DNA of 64,000 nt from Thermoanaerobaculia bacterium. Lineage in GTDB: Bacteria > Acidobacteriota > Thermoanaerobaculia > Multivoradales > JAHEKO01. Both the position numbers and the translations under genes were made by a program. The stretch covers positions 19,207-83,206 of the forward strand of contig CALZKB010000003.1 of NCBI GenBank assembly GCA_945787575.1, given 5' to 3'. Below are positions 48,868 through 58,921 of this stretch, one piece after another. The notes beneath the pieces were generated by a model that did no database searches, had not been told where the DNA came from, and was given only the letters and a program-made list of their open reading frames with translations. Position 1 is the stretch's first letter. Each line of letters starts with the position of its first letter.

Positions 48868-48960
48868 GGCGACAGAGTCGCTCTCCAGGAGACGCTGGGA
48901 GACTCGCTTGAGTCTCGAGTGTCGCGGCGTCGAGCTGAAGAGACTCCTCAGGATGGCAAG

Positions 48961-49001
48961 TTGACACCTGTGCGCTATAGTGCTATGGTCTTCTATATCA
49001 C
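48961..49001 (+). promoter_or_regulatory. Sigma70 promoter with overlapping YtrA/GntR-like inverted repeat
   Basis: TTGACA-17 nt-TATGGT (extended TG); imperfect inverted repeat GTGCTATG-GTCTTC-TATATCAC at 48980-49001. Confidence 0.68.
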
Positions 49002-49024
49002 CAGGGTCCGGGAAGTCATCTTCC

Positions 49025-50071
49025 ATGAACGTCCACCTCAACCCGAGCTCCACGAAGCCCATCTACCGGCAGATCGAGGGCCAGATCGAGCAGGACATCG
49101 AGGCTCGGCGCCTGCGAACAGGGGACTTGTTGACGCCGATCAGCCGACTCTCCGAGGCGTTGGCGACTTCGCCGGCGGCCGTGCGCAAGGCTTACGAAGC
49201 TCTGACTGCCCGAGGTCTGTGCCGTCGCGAGGGGAAGGCGAGCTACCGCGTCGCCCACGAGGACGGTAAGGCAGAAGCCTGGGAGCGGCCCTCCGAGGAT
49301 CTGCTCGCTCACCACGTGCTCCTCCGCGAGCTGCAGCTCGCCCGCGCGGTTCAGACCCGGCTGCTGCCGCCCGCGCTCATCCGGAGCTCGACCTCGACGA
49401 TCGTCTCCCGGAGCCTGCCGGCAGCCGTCGTTTCGGGCGATTTTCACGAGGTGGTTCTCGAGCCCGACGGCCGCCTGGCGCTGGCGGTCGGCGACGTCGC
49501 TGGCAAGGGGCTCGCCGCCAGCCTGATCATGGCGTCGGTCAAGGCCGCGCTGCCCTTCGTGGCCGCCGGGAGGACTGCCGCGGAGACGGTGGGCGAGCTG
49601 AATCGAAGGCTGTGCGGAGAGCTCGCGCGGCGCGAGTTCGTCGCTCTGGTCCTGGCCCGCTACGAGCCCGAAGCGGGCACCATCGAGCTGTGCAACGCTG
49701 GGCTGCCCGATCCGCTGCTGCTGACCCGCGACGGCGGAGTGCACCCCGCGGAGGTTCGCGCCCCTCGGCTACCGCTGGGTGTCCGCGAAGGACTCGCTTA
49801 TCGCAGTCTCACGCTCTCCGTGGCGCCCGGAGATCGGCTGCTGTTCTACTCCGACGGCATACCGGAGGCGCGAACGGCCGGCGGCGAGCCTCTCGGTTAC
49901 GAGACGTTCGAGGCTCTGGTCAGAGATCACGCCCGCCGCGACGGCGAACCGAGCGACGCGTGGCTCGATCGCCTCCTCGAGCTCGTTCGGCAAGCGACGG
50001 TGGAGGAACGGCAAGACGATCAGACGGCGGTGCTGCTGGAATGCGGCTCGCCGGGGCCAAGCCGAGGCTGA
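49025..50071 (+). CDS. GntR (YtrA-like) wHTH fused to SpoIIE/PP2C phosphatase
   Basis: PIYRQI...VRKAYEAL; ARAVQTRLLP, VSGDF, GDVAGKG, YSDGIPE, DDQT. Confidence 0.88.
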   Translation: MNVHLNPSSTKPIYRQIEGQIEQDIEARRLRTGDLLTPISRLSEALATSPAAVRKAYEALTARGLCRREGKASYRVAHEDGKAEAWERPSEDLLAHHVLLRELQLARAVQTRLLPPALIRSSTSTIVSRSLPAAVVSGDFHEVVLEPDGRLALAVGDVAGKGLAASLIMASVKAALPFVAAGRTAAETVGELNRRLCGELARREFVALVLARYEPEAGTIELCNAGLPDPLLLTRDGGVHPAEVRAPRLPLGVREGLAYRSLTLSVAPGDRLLFYSDGIPEARTAGGEPLGYETFEALVRDHARRDGEPSDAWLDRLLELVRQATVEERQDDQTAVLLECGSPGPSRG

Positions 50072-50075
50072 GCGC

Positions 50076-50528
50076 ATGCAGATCCACATCACTTCGGCCA
50101 GCGACCTGCCGATCTACCGTCAGATCATGCGTCAGATCGTCGACGCCGTTGCTGGCGACCGTCTGCGGCCCGGCGACAAGCTCACCTCGCAACGTGAGCT
50201 CGCCGAGCAGCTCGTCGTTTCGCCGCTCACGGTCAAGAAGGCCTACGACGAGCTGGAGCGTGAGGGGCTCATCCAAACCCAAAGGGGTCGCGGTACGTTC
50301 GTGGCCGCGCGGGCCACGGCGGTCGATCCCGCCGCTCAGCGGCAACGGCTGCGCGAGATGGTGCGCCGGCTGCTGTCGCGCGCGCACCTCGGCGGTCTCG
50401 ATTTCACTTCGGTGTTGGCGCTGGCCCACGAAGTCCACGCCGAGCTCGAGGCCGAGCGTGCCGCCGAAGGGGGCTCTGACAACGACGAGAGCGGCTCCAC
50501 GCCGCGGGAAAGCGAGAGCGAATCATGA
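50076..50528 (+). CDS. GntR-family (YtrA) regulator
   Basis: PIYRQI, SQRELA, TVKKAYDELE, GRGTFV. Confidence 0.92.
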   Translation: MQIHITSASDLPIYRQIMRQIVDAVAGDRLRPGDKLTSQRELAEQLVVSPLTVKKAYDELEREGLIQTQRGRGTFVAARATAVDPAAQRQRLREMVRRLLSRAHLGGLDFTSVLALAHEVHAELEAERAAEGGSDNDESGSTPRESESES

Positions 50529-51430
50529 GCGTCGTCGACTTCCATCGGATCCACCACGCCTACGAGCGCGGCAACCAGGTGCTTCGCGACGTCAGCTTCA
50601 CGGTCGAGCGCAGGCAGGTCCTCGGGCTACTCGGGAAGAACGGCGCCGGCAAGACCACCCTGCTGCGTCTCGCCATGGGCCTGCTGAAGGCGCAGGAGGG
50701 CGAGGTGCGACTCCTGGGTCTCGACCCTCGCGAGCGTCCGCTCGAGGTCAAACTCCGGGTCGGCTACGTCTCCGAGGACCAGATCTTGCCGCCGGCCTTG
50801 CGGGTGCGCCAGGTGCTCGACTTCCATCGGGGGGTCTTCCCGACCTGGGACGAGGAGGTGGCTCGCCGCCTCGGCGAGCGCTTCGAGATCCCTAGCGAGG
50901 CGAAGATCAAGACTCTGAGCAGGGGGCAGGTGCGGCAGGTGGCGCTGCTGTGCGCCATCGCCCATCGGCCCGAGCTGCTCATCCTCGACGAGCCGGCCGG
51001 AGGCCTCGACCCGGCCGCCAGGCGGGAGTTTCTGGAGACCTCCATCCAGCTCCTCAACGAGGCGGGCTCGACGATCCTCTTCTCCTCCCATTACATGTCC
51101 GACGTCGAGCGCCTGGCCGACCGCATCGTCATGCTCCACGATGGCGGCGTGCTGGTCGACAGCGAGCTCGACGAGCTGCGAGAGAGCTACTCGTTGGCGA
51201 TGGTGCCCGCCGGCCCGGAAACCTCGCCGGAGCGACTGCGGGCGCTCGCCGGCTGCACCAGCGTCCGCCGCCGAGGGGACTCACTGCATCTCGTCTTCGA
51301 GCTCGAGCCTCAGGCCGCCGAGTCCCTGCTCGAGCGCGAGCTCGGAATCGCGAACAGCCGCTGCTCCGCATTGGCGCTCGAGGAGATGTTCATCGAACTC
51401 GTCGGGGGTCAGGCTCCGGAGTCATCCTAG
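50525..51430 (+). CDS. ABC transporter ATP-binding protein (YtrB-like)
   Basis: GKNGAGKTT, LSRGQ, LILDEP, SSH. Confidence 0.93.
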   Translation: MSVVDFHRIHHAYERGNQVLRDVSFTVERRQVLGLLGKNGAGKTTLLRLAMGLLKAQEGEVRLLGLDPRERPLEVKLRVGYVSEDQILPPALRVRQVLDFHRGVFPTWDEEVARRLGERFEIPSEAKIKTLSRGQVRQVALLCAIAHRPELLILDEPAGGLDPAARREFLETSIQLLNEAGSTILFSSHYMSDVERLADRIVMLHDGGVLVDSELDELRESYSLAMVPAGPETSPERLRALAGCTSVRRRGDSLHLVFELEPQAAESLLERELGIANSRCSALALEEMFIELVGGQAPESS

Positions 51431-51439
51431 GACACGCCC

Positions 51440-53299
51440 ATGATGAACGCCGCACGAGCCGATTCCATTCTTTACCGAGCCGTGAGTCGCTCGTGGTCGA
51501 GCTGGCTCCCGCTGCTGCTACTGGCCACCGGACTCAACACCAGCCTGCTCTTCGGATGGATCACCGCCGCCGCGGCCCGCGGACAGAGCTCGGCGGTACC
51601 ACCCGCGCACCTCGGGCTGCTCTTCTGGAGCGGCTTGGCGCTCTACCTGATTCTCGGCTACGAGAGGAGGCGCTGTGACCGGCTCGAGCTGACCCTGCCG
51701 TTGCCGGCGCACCGCCTCTGGCTCGGCCATCTGGCCGCGGTCTACAGCGCCGGACTGGCGTTCCTCGGCGTGGGCCTTGGAGGAGGCTGGCTGATGGCGC
51801 GCGTCGCGGTCCGTCTCCAACCTTCGCTCGAAGCGTCGTTGACGCTGCGACGTTTGGTTCCTCTCCTGCTGGCGAGCTTGTTGCTCGCGGTCGCCCTCTT
51901 CGAGCGCGACGACCCGCCCCAACATCGGATCCGCGGTGGCTTCGCCGGTCTCCTCCGGCGGTTGCTCGTCGTCGTCGCCATCGGAGCGGTCGTCTGGGTG
52001 CTGAGCGGTCGGCCGATCGCCTGGTCTCTTCTCTTGGCAGGGCTGGCGGCGGTCTCGTTGGTCAACACCTACCGCTCGCTTCCCGGCTCCTTTCTCTTGC
52101 TGCCGGAGCGGCCGGTAAGGAGACCGGTGAGAGGTCGGACCGGCGCGCTTGCCGCGCCTTCCGCCGCCGGCTCCGCACCGCGGTCGGCACCCGGCAAGCT
52201 CCGCTGGCGACTGCTGGTGCGGATCCTCTACGACTTTCCGCCGTGGGGCCCGGTGACCGCCTGGGTCGAGTTGCTCGCGGCGATCTTCATCGGCGCACTC
52301 TTCGGCGGGCTGTTCGAGCTCTTTCTGGTTCCCGAGACCGAGGGCATGCGATTCACGCAGCTGCCTCTCGTCGTCTACATGCTGGTGGTGCTCTTCGCGC
52401 CTCTTACCACCCAAATGAGCTCTCTCGATCCGCTGCCGATCTCTCGCCGAGTCCTGTTCGCCTCCGTCATTGTGCCGAGCTTGCTGGCGATGGTCGCGGG
52501 TTACGCGACGGTGCGACTCATCGTCGCCACCCGTCCGGCCACACCGCTCGTCGAATACCGCATCGAAGAGCCCCACGCCTGGGTCGGCGTCCAAGAGGCC
52601 TTGATGAGCGCCACCCGAACCGGCCCCCCGATTCTCGAATCACCGTGGGGCGAGACCCACACGGCATGGCACCGCCCGCTGTTCAAGGGTGGTGAGCTTG
52701 TCCTCTACTCACCCTATAGCACCACCGAAGAGACCTCCGCGCGCTTCGAGGCCCTGATGCTCAGTCGCGCGATCGCGGCGGGCTACGGTCTCCAGATGCC
52801 GTGGGAAGAAGCCCTGGAGCGCTATTTCGAAGTCGACGGTGACAAGATCGTCGGCCTCAAGCACGAAGGGGTGACAGGGCACGAGTTGTTCGCCGGTGTC
52901 GAGCCCAGGTCGCGAGGGCCGATCTCGGTTATCGCGCTGACCATGGCGATCGTCCCCTTCTTCCTTCTCCTCGCCCTGTTCTTGAGGACCTTCCGCGCTA
53001 CCGTGTCAGACCGCCGGCGCCGGGCGTTCTACTGGAGCTTCCTCGCCGCCCTCTTAATCGTGATGATCGGAGGCTTCACGTTCCAGGTCGCCGGGTGGTT
53101 CAACCAGCGCGTCGGCTGGGCAATCCTCGAGAGCCTCGCTTTTCGCTGGGGCCAGAGTCCGACGGCGATGGTTCTTACCTGGCTTCTGTGCTGCCTGGGC
53201 ATGGTCGCCGCCTACTGGCTGGCTCAGCGCGCCTTCCAGAGAATCGAGCTGCCCGCCACACCCACGAAGTTCACCTTGGTCGACTTCGCCAAGGAGTAG
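51440..53299 (+). CDS. Polytopic membrane protein, probable ABC permease
   Basis: About 12 hydrophobic segments in two halves; directly follows the ATPase. Confidence 0.75.
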   Translation: MMNAARADSILYRAVSRSWSSWLPLLLLATGLNTSLLFGWITAAAARGQSSAVPPAHLGLLFWSGLALYLILGYERRRCDRLELTLPLPAHRLWLGHLAAVYSAGLAFLGVGLGGGWLMARVAVRLQPSLEASLTLRRLVPLLLASLLLAVALFERDDPPQHRIRGGFAGLLRRLLVVVAIGAVVWVLSGRPIAWSLLLAGLAAVSLVNTYRSLPGSFLLLPERPVRRPVRGRTGALAAPSAAGSAPRSAPGKLRWRLLVRILYDFPPWGPVTAWVELLAAIFIGALFGGLFELFLVPETEGMRFTQLPLVVYMLVVLFAPLTTQMSSLDPLPISRRVLFASVIVPSLLAMVAGYATVRLIVATRPATPLVEYRIEEPHAWVGVQEALMSATRTGPPILESPWGETHTAWHRPLFKGGELVLYSPYSTTEETSARFEALMLSRAIAAGYGLQMPWEEALERYFEVDGDKIVGLKHEGVTGHELFAGVEPRSRGPISVIALTMAIVPFFLLLALFLRTFRATVSDRRRRAFYWSFLAALLIVMIGGFTFQVAGWFNQRVGWAILESLAFRWGQSPTAMVLTWLLCCLGMVAAYWLAQRAFQRIELPATPTKFTLVDFAKE

Positions 53300-53480
53300 T
53301 GGATCCTCCGGGTTGCGGACTCGACCGGTGATCCGCCACTCACCGAAGGTGAGCTCAGTGGCAGAGGGCTCGTGCGCTCACCTCGGGGTCGAGACCATTA
53401 CCTCGGAGAGAATTGATTCGATTCCCTCCCTACGGCACTCTGGACGCGGCTGTCAGGCCAACATCTCGAAAGGAGAACCG

Positions 53481-53816
53481 ATGTCACGAAGCTCGATCTA
53501 CCTCTTGCTGGCGATGGCCGGGGCCGTGCTGCCCTGGTTCTTCTTCGCCGAGTTCTTCGCCGCCGAGGGAGCGAGCGGCAACTTCGTCGGCGCCTTGTTC
53601 GCCAACGGCGCGGCCGGGGGCTTCACCGCCGACTTGCTGATTTCGTCGCTGGTGTTCTGGATCTTTCTGTTTCCCACCGCTCGCCGGGCCGGAGTCGGTC
53701 ACCCGTGGGTGTTCGTGGTGATCAATCTCTTGATCGGCTTGTCGTGCGCGCTGCCGTTGTTTCTCTGGCGGCTCGAGCGCGGCTCGCGTGCGACGCCGGA
53801 AACCGCAACGCCGTGA
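53481..53816 (+). CDS. DUF2834-like membrane protein
   Basis: AAGGAG RBS; GAVLPW, ANGAAGGFTADLLIS, IGLSCALPLFL. Confidence 0.82.
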   Translation: MSRSSIYLLLAMAGAVLPWFFFAEFFAAEGASGNFVGALFANGAAGGFTADLLISSLVFWIFLFPTARRAGVGHPWVFVVINLLIGLSCALPLFLWRLERGSRATPETATP

Positions 53817-54133
53817 CCACGCCGGCGTCGACGCCCACCGCCGGCGGCTTCGGCACGGCCCTTCGGGGTTGGCGGCGCCACCGCAGGCTGTCACAGCTCG
53901 CTCTCTCCTTGGAGGCGGGGGTCTCTCCGCGGCATGTCTCCTTCCTCGAGACGGGGCGGTCGCGTCCGAGCCGGGCGGTCGAGGTCCGGCAAGGGGATGC
54001 AACCCTGCGCTGGCTGACCACTCTCATTACCTTCGGTGGAGCGCTCGATGTCGCGGTCGACGAGCTGGTGGTCGAGTGCTTCTTCCCAGCCGACGTGGAG
54101 ACCGAGCGATTGATCGCGGCTTCAGCTCGCTGA
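53813..54133 (+). pseudogene. MmyB-like XRE regulator with large in-frame deletion
   Basis: LRGWRRHRRLSQLAL...RHVSFLETGRSRPSR joined to the C-terminal TTLITFGGALDVAVDELVVECFFPAD. Confidence 0.78.
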
Positions 54134-54195
54134 AGTCCGGTCGAGCCACGACGCATTCCCGAATCTTCGCCCGAGCGGGCGGGGTGAGACTCTCC

Positions 54196-54225
54196 GTGCA
54201 GCTGCTCGGCGCGAAGCAGCTGCAC
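54196..54225. repeat. Perfect 11-bp inverted repeat
   Basis: GTGCAGCTGCT-CGGCGCGA-AGCAGCTGCAC upstream of archease. Confidence 0.75.
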
Positions 54226-54307
54226 TTCAGCGCGGGTCGCACCGGCCCCGGTTGGGGTAGAGTTGAGATCCGGCGCGGGCCGGGCTCTCGAGGAGGTGAG
54301 GAAAGCC

Positions 54308-54700
54308 GTGGGCTACACCTACCTGCCCCACACCGCGGATCTGCGGGCGCTTCTCGACGCCGCCGACGGCGACGGTCTGTACCAGACGGCGGTCGACCTG
54401 GTGCGCGAGACGGTAGTCGGCGAATCGCCGGTCGCCGCTCGTGAGGAGCGCCGCTGGACGCCGATCGGCGACGACGCCGAGGAGCGCTTCTTCCGCTTCG
54501 TCCGCGAGCTCGTCTTTCTCTACGACGTAGACGGCTTCCTACCGGCTTGGGTGCGCCGCGGAGAGTCGACCGTGATCGCCGGTGAGTGCTTTGCCGCCAT
54601 GAGGCACACCAGCGAGCGCCAGATCAAGGCGGTCACTCGCCACGGCTACCGCTTCTCCACCGACGGCCGGTGGCGGGCCGAGTTGATCTTCGATCTCTAG
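54308..54700 (+). CDS. Archease
   Basis: YTYLPHTADL ... IKAVTRH ... LIFDL C-terminus; adjacent to rtcB. Confidence 0.9.
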   Translation: MGYTYLPHTADLRALLDAADGDGLYQTAVDLVRETVVGESPVAAREERRWTPIGDDAEERFFRFVRELVFLYDVDGFLPAWVRRGESTVIAGECFAAMRHTSERQIKAVTRHGYRFSTDGRWRAELIFDL

Positions 54701-54713
54701 AGGGCGAGCAGCC

Positions 54714-56192
54714 ATGAGCAAGACGACGACCCGGACCCGGACCCACTCACCGGCCCAGCCCCGCTGGGAGCGGATCGACCAGCACCGGGTGCGCCTGCCG
54801 CGTCAGGGTGGCATGCGCACCGACGGCTTGGTCTTCGCCGACGCCAAGCTGATGACTCAGCTCGAGGGCGACCAGGCGCTCACCCAGGTGGCCAACGTCG
54901 CCCACCTGCCCGGCATCGTCGGCCCGTCGATCGCCATGCCGGACATGCACTGGGGCTACGGCTTTCCGATCGGCGGCGTCGCCGCTTTCGCTGGCGAGGA
55001 CGGCGTCATCTCGCCCGGCGGCGTCGGCTACGACATCAACTGTGGCGTGCGCCTGCTGGTGACGCCGCTCACCGTCGACGAAGTTCGGCCGCGGATGACC
55101 GAGCTGGTCGAGGAGCTCTTCACCACCATCCCGTCGGGGGTCGGCTCGCACCGCTCGGATCTGCGTCTGTCGAAGGATCAGCTCGACGCGGTCCTTTCTC
55201 AAGGAGCGCGGTGGGCGGTGCATGCCGGGCTCGGGGCAGAGCGCGATCTCGGGGCGATCGAGGCCGGCGGCTGTCTGCCCGACGCCGATCCCCAGGCGGT
55301 CTCCCAGCGCGCCAAGGAACGCGGCCGGAATCAGCTCGGCACGGTCGGCTCGGGCAATCACTTCGTCGAGGTCGGCTGGGTCGCCGAGCGCGACGACGAA
55401 GCGGCGGCCGATGCGCTGGGCCTGACCGCGGGGCGGGTAACGGTCTTCATCCACTCGGGCTCGCGCGGGCTCGGACACCAGGTCTGCGACGACCACCTCG
55501 ACGTCATGGTCGCCGCCGCCGGCCGCTACGGCATCGCCCTGCCGGACAAGCAGCTTTGCTGCGCGCCGCTGGGAAGCCCGGAGGCGGACGCGTACTGGTC
55601 GGCGATGAACGCCGCGGCCAACTTCGCCTTTGCCAACCGTCAGGTGATGACTCACTACGCGCGAGCCGCTTTCGGCCGCATCTTCGGGTCCGAAACGGCG
55701 TCTGGCATCGACCTGCTCTACGACGTCGCCCACAACATCGCCAAGCTCGAAGAGCACACGGTGGACGGCAAGCGCCGGCAGGTGGTCGTGCACCGCAAGG
55801 GCGCGACCCGCGCCTTTCCACCCGGCCACCCGGAGCTCCATCCGCGCTACCGCGACCTCGGCCAGCCGGTGCTCATCCCCGGCGACATGGGGCGCTGCAG
55901 CTACGTCCTGCTCGGCACCCGACAGGCCTTCGACGAGACCTTCGGCTCCTGCTGCCACGGCGCCGGCCGCCAGATGTCGCGCCGCGCCGCCAAGCGCGCC
56001 GCCCGGACCCGCAACGTCGCCAACGAGCTCGCCGCTCAGGGAGTCGTGGTGCGTGCCGCCAGCCGCGCCACCGTCGCCGAGGAGATGCCCGAAGCCTACA
56101 AGGACGTGCGGGACGTGGTGAATGTCGTCGATGGGGCGGGGATCGGCCGGAAGGTGGCGATGCTCAAGCCCGTAGGGGTGGTCAAGGGCTAA
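54714..56192 (+). CDS. rtcB: RtcB RNA ligase
   Basis: MPDMHWGYGFPIGG, GYDINCG, GSGNHF, HSGSRG, HNIA, HRKGAT, CHGAGR, EEMPEAYK, terminal VKG. Confidence 0.96.
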   Translation: MSKTTTRTRTHSPAQPRWERIDQHRVRLPRQGGMRTDGLVFADAKLMTQLEGDQALTQVANVAHLPGIVGPSIAMPDMHWGYGFPIGGVAAFAGEDGVISPGGVGYDINCGVRLLVTPLTVDEVRPRMTELVEELFTTIPSGVGSHRSDLRLSKDQLDAVLSQGARWAVHAGLGAERDLGAIEAGGCLPDADPQAVSQRAKERGRNQLGTVGSGNHFVEVGWVAERDDEAAADALGLTAGRVTVFIHSGSRGLGHQVCDDHLDVMVAAAGRYGIALPDKQLCCAPLGSPEADAYWSAMNAAANFAFANRQVMTHYARAAFGRIFGSETASGIDLLYDVAHNIAKLEEHTVDGKRRQVVVHRKGATRAFPPGHPELHPRYRDLGQPVLIPGDMGRCSYVLLGTRQAFDETFGSCCHGAGRQMSRRAAKRAARTRNVANELAAQGVVVRAASRATVAEEMPEAYKDVRDVVNVVDGAGIGRKVAMLKPVGVVKG

Positions 56193-56292
56193 GCACCGAG
56201 GAATCCAGATGCCGGGCCCGTGGTTGCAGGTAGGCGGACCTCGAGCAGCGGCCCGAGTCTGCGATGATGTCGTCCCGGGGTCGGGAGGCTGG

Positions 56293-57396
56293 ATGAGAAC
56301 AAACCCTCGAAAGGCAACGTTAGCCGGTGCGCGCCTGGCGGCGGCCGCGCTGGTCGCTGCGGTCGGGTCCGCCGCCGGCACAGCAGCCCAAACCAGGCAG
56401 ATCCCTCAGTTCGAAGGGCGTGTCGAGGTCACCGAGGTCCTCCTGGATGTCGTCGTCACCGACAAGAAGGGCAATCCGATCGCCGGTCTGGGAAAGAAGG
56501 ACTTCATCGTCGAGGAGAACGGCCGTGAGATGGAGCTGACCGGAGCGGACTTCTATACCACCCGGTACGGTCCCGGCGGCGGAGGCGACGGTGAGATACC
56601 GGCGAGCCGCTATTTCGTCCTCTTCTTCGACGACACCCGGATGATGGCGAATCGGATCAATCGACTCGTCCAACAGCAGCAGAAGGCGGCCCGAGGCAGT
56701 CAGGAGTGGATCGAGACCGAGATGAGGCCGTCCGACTGGGTTGCCGTCGCCGGCTTCGGCATGAAGCTCAAGATCTTCCACGACTTCACCCAGGATCGGG
56801 AGGCCCTTCTCCAGGCCGTGACCGACGCCGCTCGAGGGATCGATCCGGAGCCGGGCCGCTGGACCCAAGAGCCCGCTTCCGATAGCGGCCCCTCGCTGCT
56901 GCGTTACCTACCGTCCGGTCGCGAGCTCCGGCGTCAGACCCGGAGGATCTACTCGGGAATGCGCCTGTTGGCCGAAGCGACCGGCCACATCGTGGGCCGC
57001 AAGAACCTCCTCTATTTCGGCATCGGGTTCGGCACGCTGGACGGTCCGGGCGGCTTTGCCATTCCGGACCGGCGCTACTACCCGGACCTCGAGCGTGCGC
57101 TCAACGACAACAACGTCGCGGTCTATCCGATCGACCTGACCCTTCAGGCAGCGCGGCACGCGCAAAGCGATTTCCTCAACGCGCTCGCCCACGACACCGG
57201 CGGTGTCTACTACCGGAACTTCATCGCTTTCACCACGCCGATGCGTGCCATCGCCAACGAGAACATCGGCTACTACCTCCTGAGCTACCGTTCCGAGCAT
57301 CCTGAGGGCGAGGCGGGCTACCAGAAGCTCCGAGTCGGCACTCGAATCCCCGCCGTCGTGATACGCGCGCAGCGCGGCTACCGCTACGGCGGCTAG
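56293..57396 (+). CDS. VWA-domain protein (acidobacterial type)
   Basis: Signal peptide; VLLDVVVTDKKG...LGKKDFIVEENG, GRKNLLYF, LAHDTGG, YYLLSY, RAQRGY. Confidence 0.88.
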   Translation: MRTNPRKATLAGARLAAAALVAAVGSAAGTAAQTRQIPQFEGRVEVTEVLLDVVVTDKKGNPIAGLGKKDFIVEENGREMELTGADFYTTRYGPGGGGDGEIPASRYFVLFFDDTRMMANRINRLVQQQQKAARGSQEWIETEMRPSDWVAVAGFGMKLKIFHDFTQDREALLQAVTDAARGIDPEPGRWTQEPASDSGPSLLRYLPSGRELRRQTRRIYSGMRLLAEATGHIVGRKNLLYFGIGFGTLDGPGGFAIPDRRYYPDLERALNDNNVAVYPIDLTLQAARHAQSDFLNALAHDTGGVYYRNFIAFTTPMRAIANENIGYYLLSYRSEHPEGEAGYQKLRVGTRIPAVVIRAQRGYRYGG

Positions 57397-57433
57397 CCCA
57401 GCCTGGCCAGCAGCGGGCCAGGCGTGGCACCAC

Positions 57434-58288
57434 CTAGGCTACGACGACCCGATCGCCGCCGGCGTGCTTGGCTCTGTAGAGGGCGCGATCGGCGGCGCGA
57501 AAGGCCAGATCGAGGTCGTAGGCCTCGTCGGACCAGAAGAGGCCTAAGCTCGCGCTCGGACGGACGTCGTCGGTGGAGGCGGGGATCCTCAGGCGCCGAA
57601 TGGCCTCCGCTTTGCGCTCTGCCAACGCCGCGGCGTCGGCCAGGCTGAGGGAAGACAGGAAGAGCACGAACTCGTCCCCTCCCCAGCGCCCGGCCGCATC
57701 GCTCTTGCGCAGGTTCCGTTGCAAGGCGGCGGCTCACTGACGCAGGACCTCGTCGCCGACGTCGTGGCCGTGGGTGTCGTTGATGGTCTTGAGTCCGTCC
57801 AGGTCGATCAAGAGAAAGGCGTACGGCATCTCGAGACGCTCGAGCAGAGTCAGCTCACGCTCGACGATGCGCACAAAGAACCCGCGTCCCAGAGTGTGGG
57901 TCAGGTCGTCCTCGGAGATCAGGTCGTCAAGATCGATGTGGCACTCGAGGATACCGCCGTCGCTCAGCGGCACGGCGACGACTTTGTGCAGGCTTGCCGA
58001 GCGCGCACCGGTGACGTGGGCGTGGCAGACCGTGACCGGCTCCTGCCGTTTCGTCGCCTCGATCTTCGGGCAGAACTCGCCATGCTCGTCGCAGGGCTGC
58101 GCATAACCGTGAGTGATCTGGTGGCAGGTCCCGGCGGCGCTACCGTAGAGGCGCTCGGCCTCGGTGTTGCGATAGCGCAGCCCGTAGTCGGCATCGATCC
58201 ACAGGACCGGGAAGGGAAGGGCATCGAGGAGGGGTCTCGCCGCCGGCAATCCCTCGACATCGAGCGGGAAGTGCGGTTGCCTCGCCAC
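57434..58288 (-). pseudogene. PAS-like plus GGDEF diguanylate cyclase interrupted by an in-frame TGA
   Basis: [48 protein letters not shown]; both ORFs share one frame (855 nt). Confidence 0.85.
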
Positions 58289-58337
58289 TAGCCCAGAACG
58301 CTAGCACGGGTTACCGACCGCTGACAGGGAGGGTGTC

Positions 58338-58850
58338 TCAGGAAGGGGGAAACGGGTCGCTGCGAGCGACAACCTCCTCTTCGGTCAGCCCGTATAGCGG
58401 CGGCCCTCCGACCCCCAGAAGCGCGAGGTACGTATAGAGCTGCCCCCGATGATGGACCTCGTGCTCGAGCATCGCGCGGAGCCATTTCCACACCGTGATC
58501 TCGGCACCCGCGGGCGTCACGCACTTCTTCTGAAGGGCCTCCGGGTCGAGTGTCGACAGGATCTCGACGGTCTCCTCGCGCATCCGATCGAGAAAGGCGC
58601 GCACCTCGCCGTAGCCACTGGCCAACTCGATGGAGTGGCCCGGATAGATGCTCGGCCGACCGCGGACGTTCTCCGCAAACATGTAGCGCTCGAGAGATCC
58701 CAGGTGCCTGAGGACGTCACCGAACGAGAACTTGCCCTCCTGGTAGCGCCACTCGATCTGGTCGGGAGGGATTCGATCGGCGACCCCCAGAGTGCGTCTT
58801 CTCACGCTGCCGGCGTAGGCTAGAAAAGGCTCGATCGCGGGAATCTCCAT
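58338..58850 (-). CDS. DinB-family protein
   Basis: SFGDVLRHL, MLEHEVHHRGQLYTYL. Confidence 0.92.
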   Translation of the reverse strand: MEIPAIEPFLAYAGSVRRRTLGVADRIPPDQIEWRYQEGKFSFGDVLRHLGSLERYMFAENVRGRPSIYPGHSIELASGYGEVRAFLDRMREETVEILSTLDPEALQKKCVTPAGAEITVWKWLRAMLEHEVHHRGQLYTYLALLGVGGPPLYGLTEEEVVARSDPFPPS

Positions 58851-58921
58851 GGCAAGAGTCTAGCGTCCCTCGGGACGCCGGTACGTCACAACGGTCCTCT
58901 CGACCGGAAACCGGTATCGAC

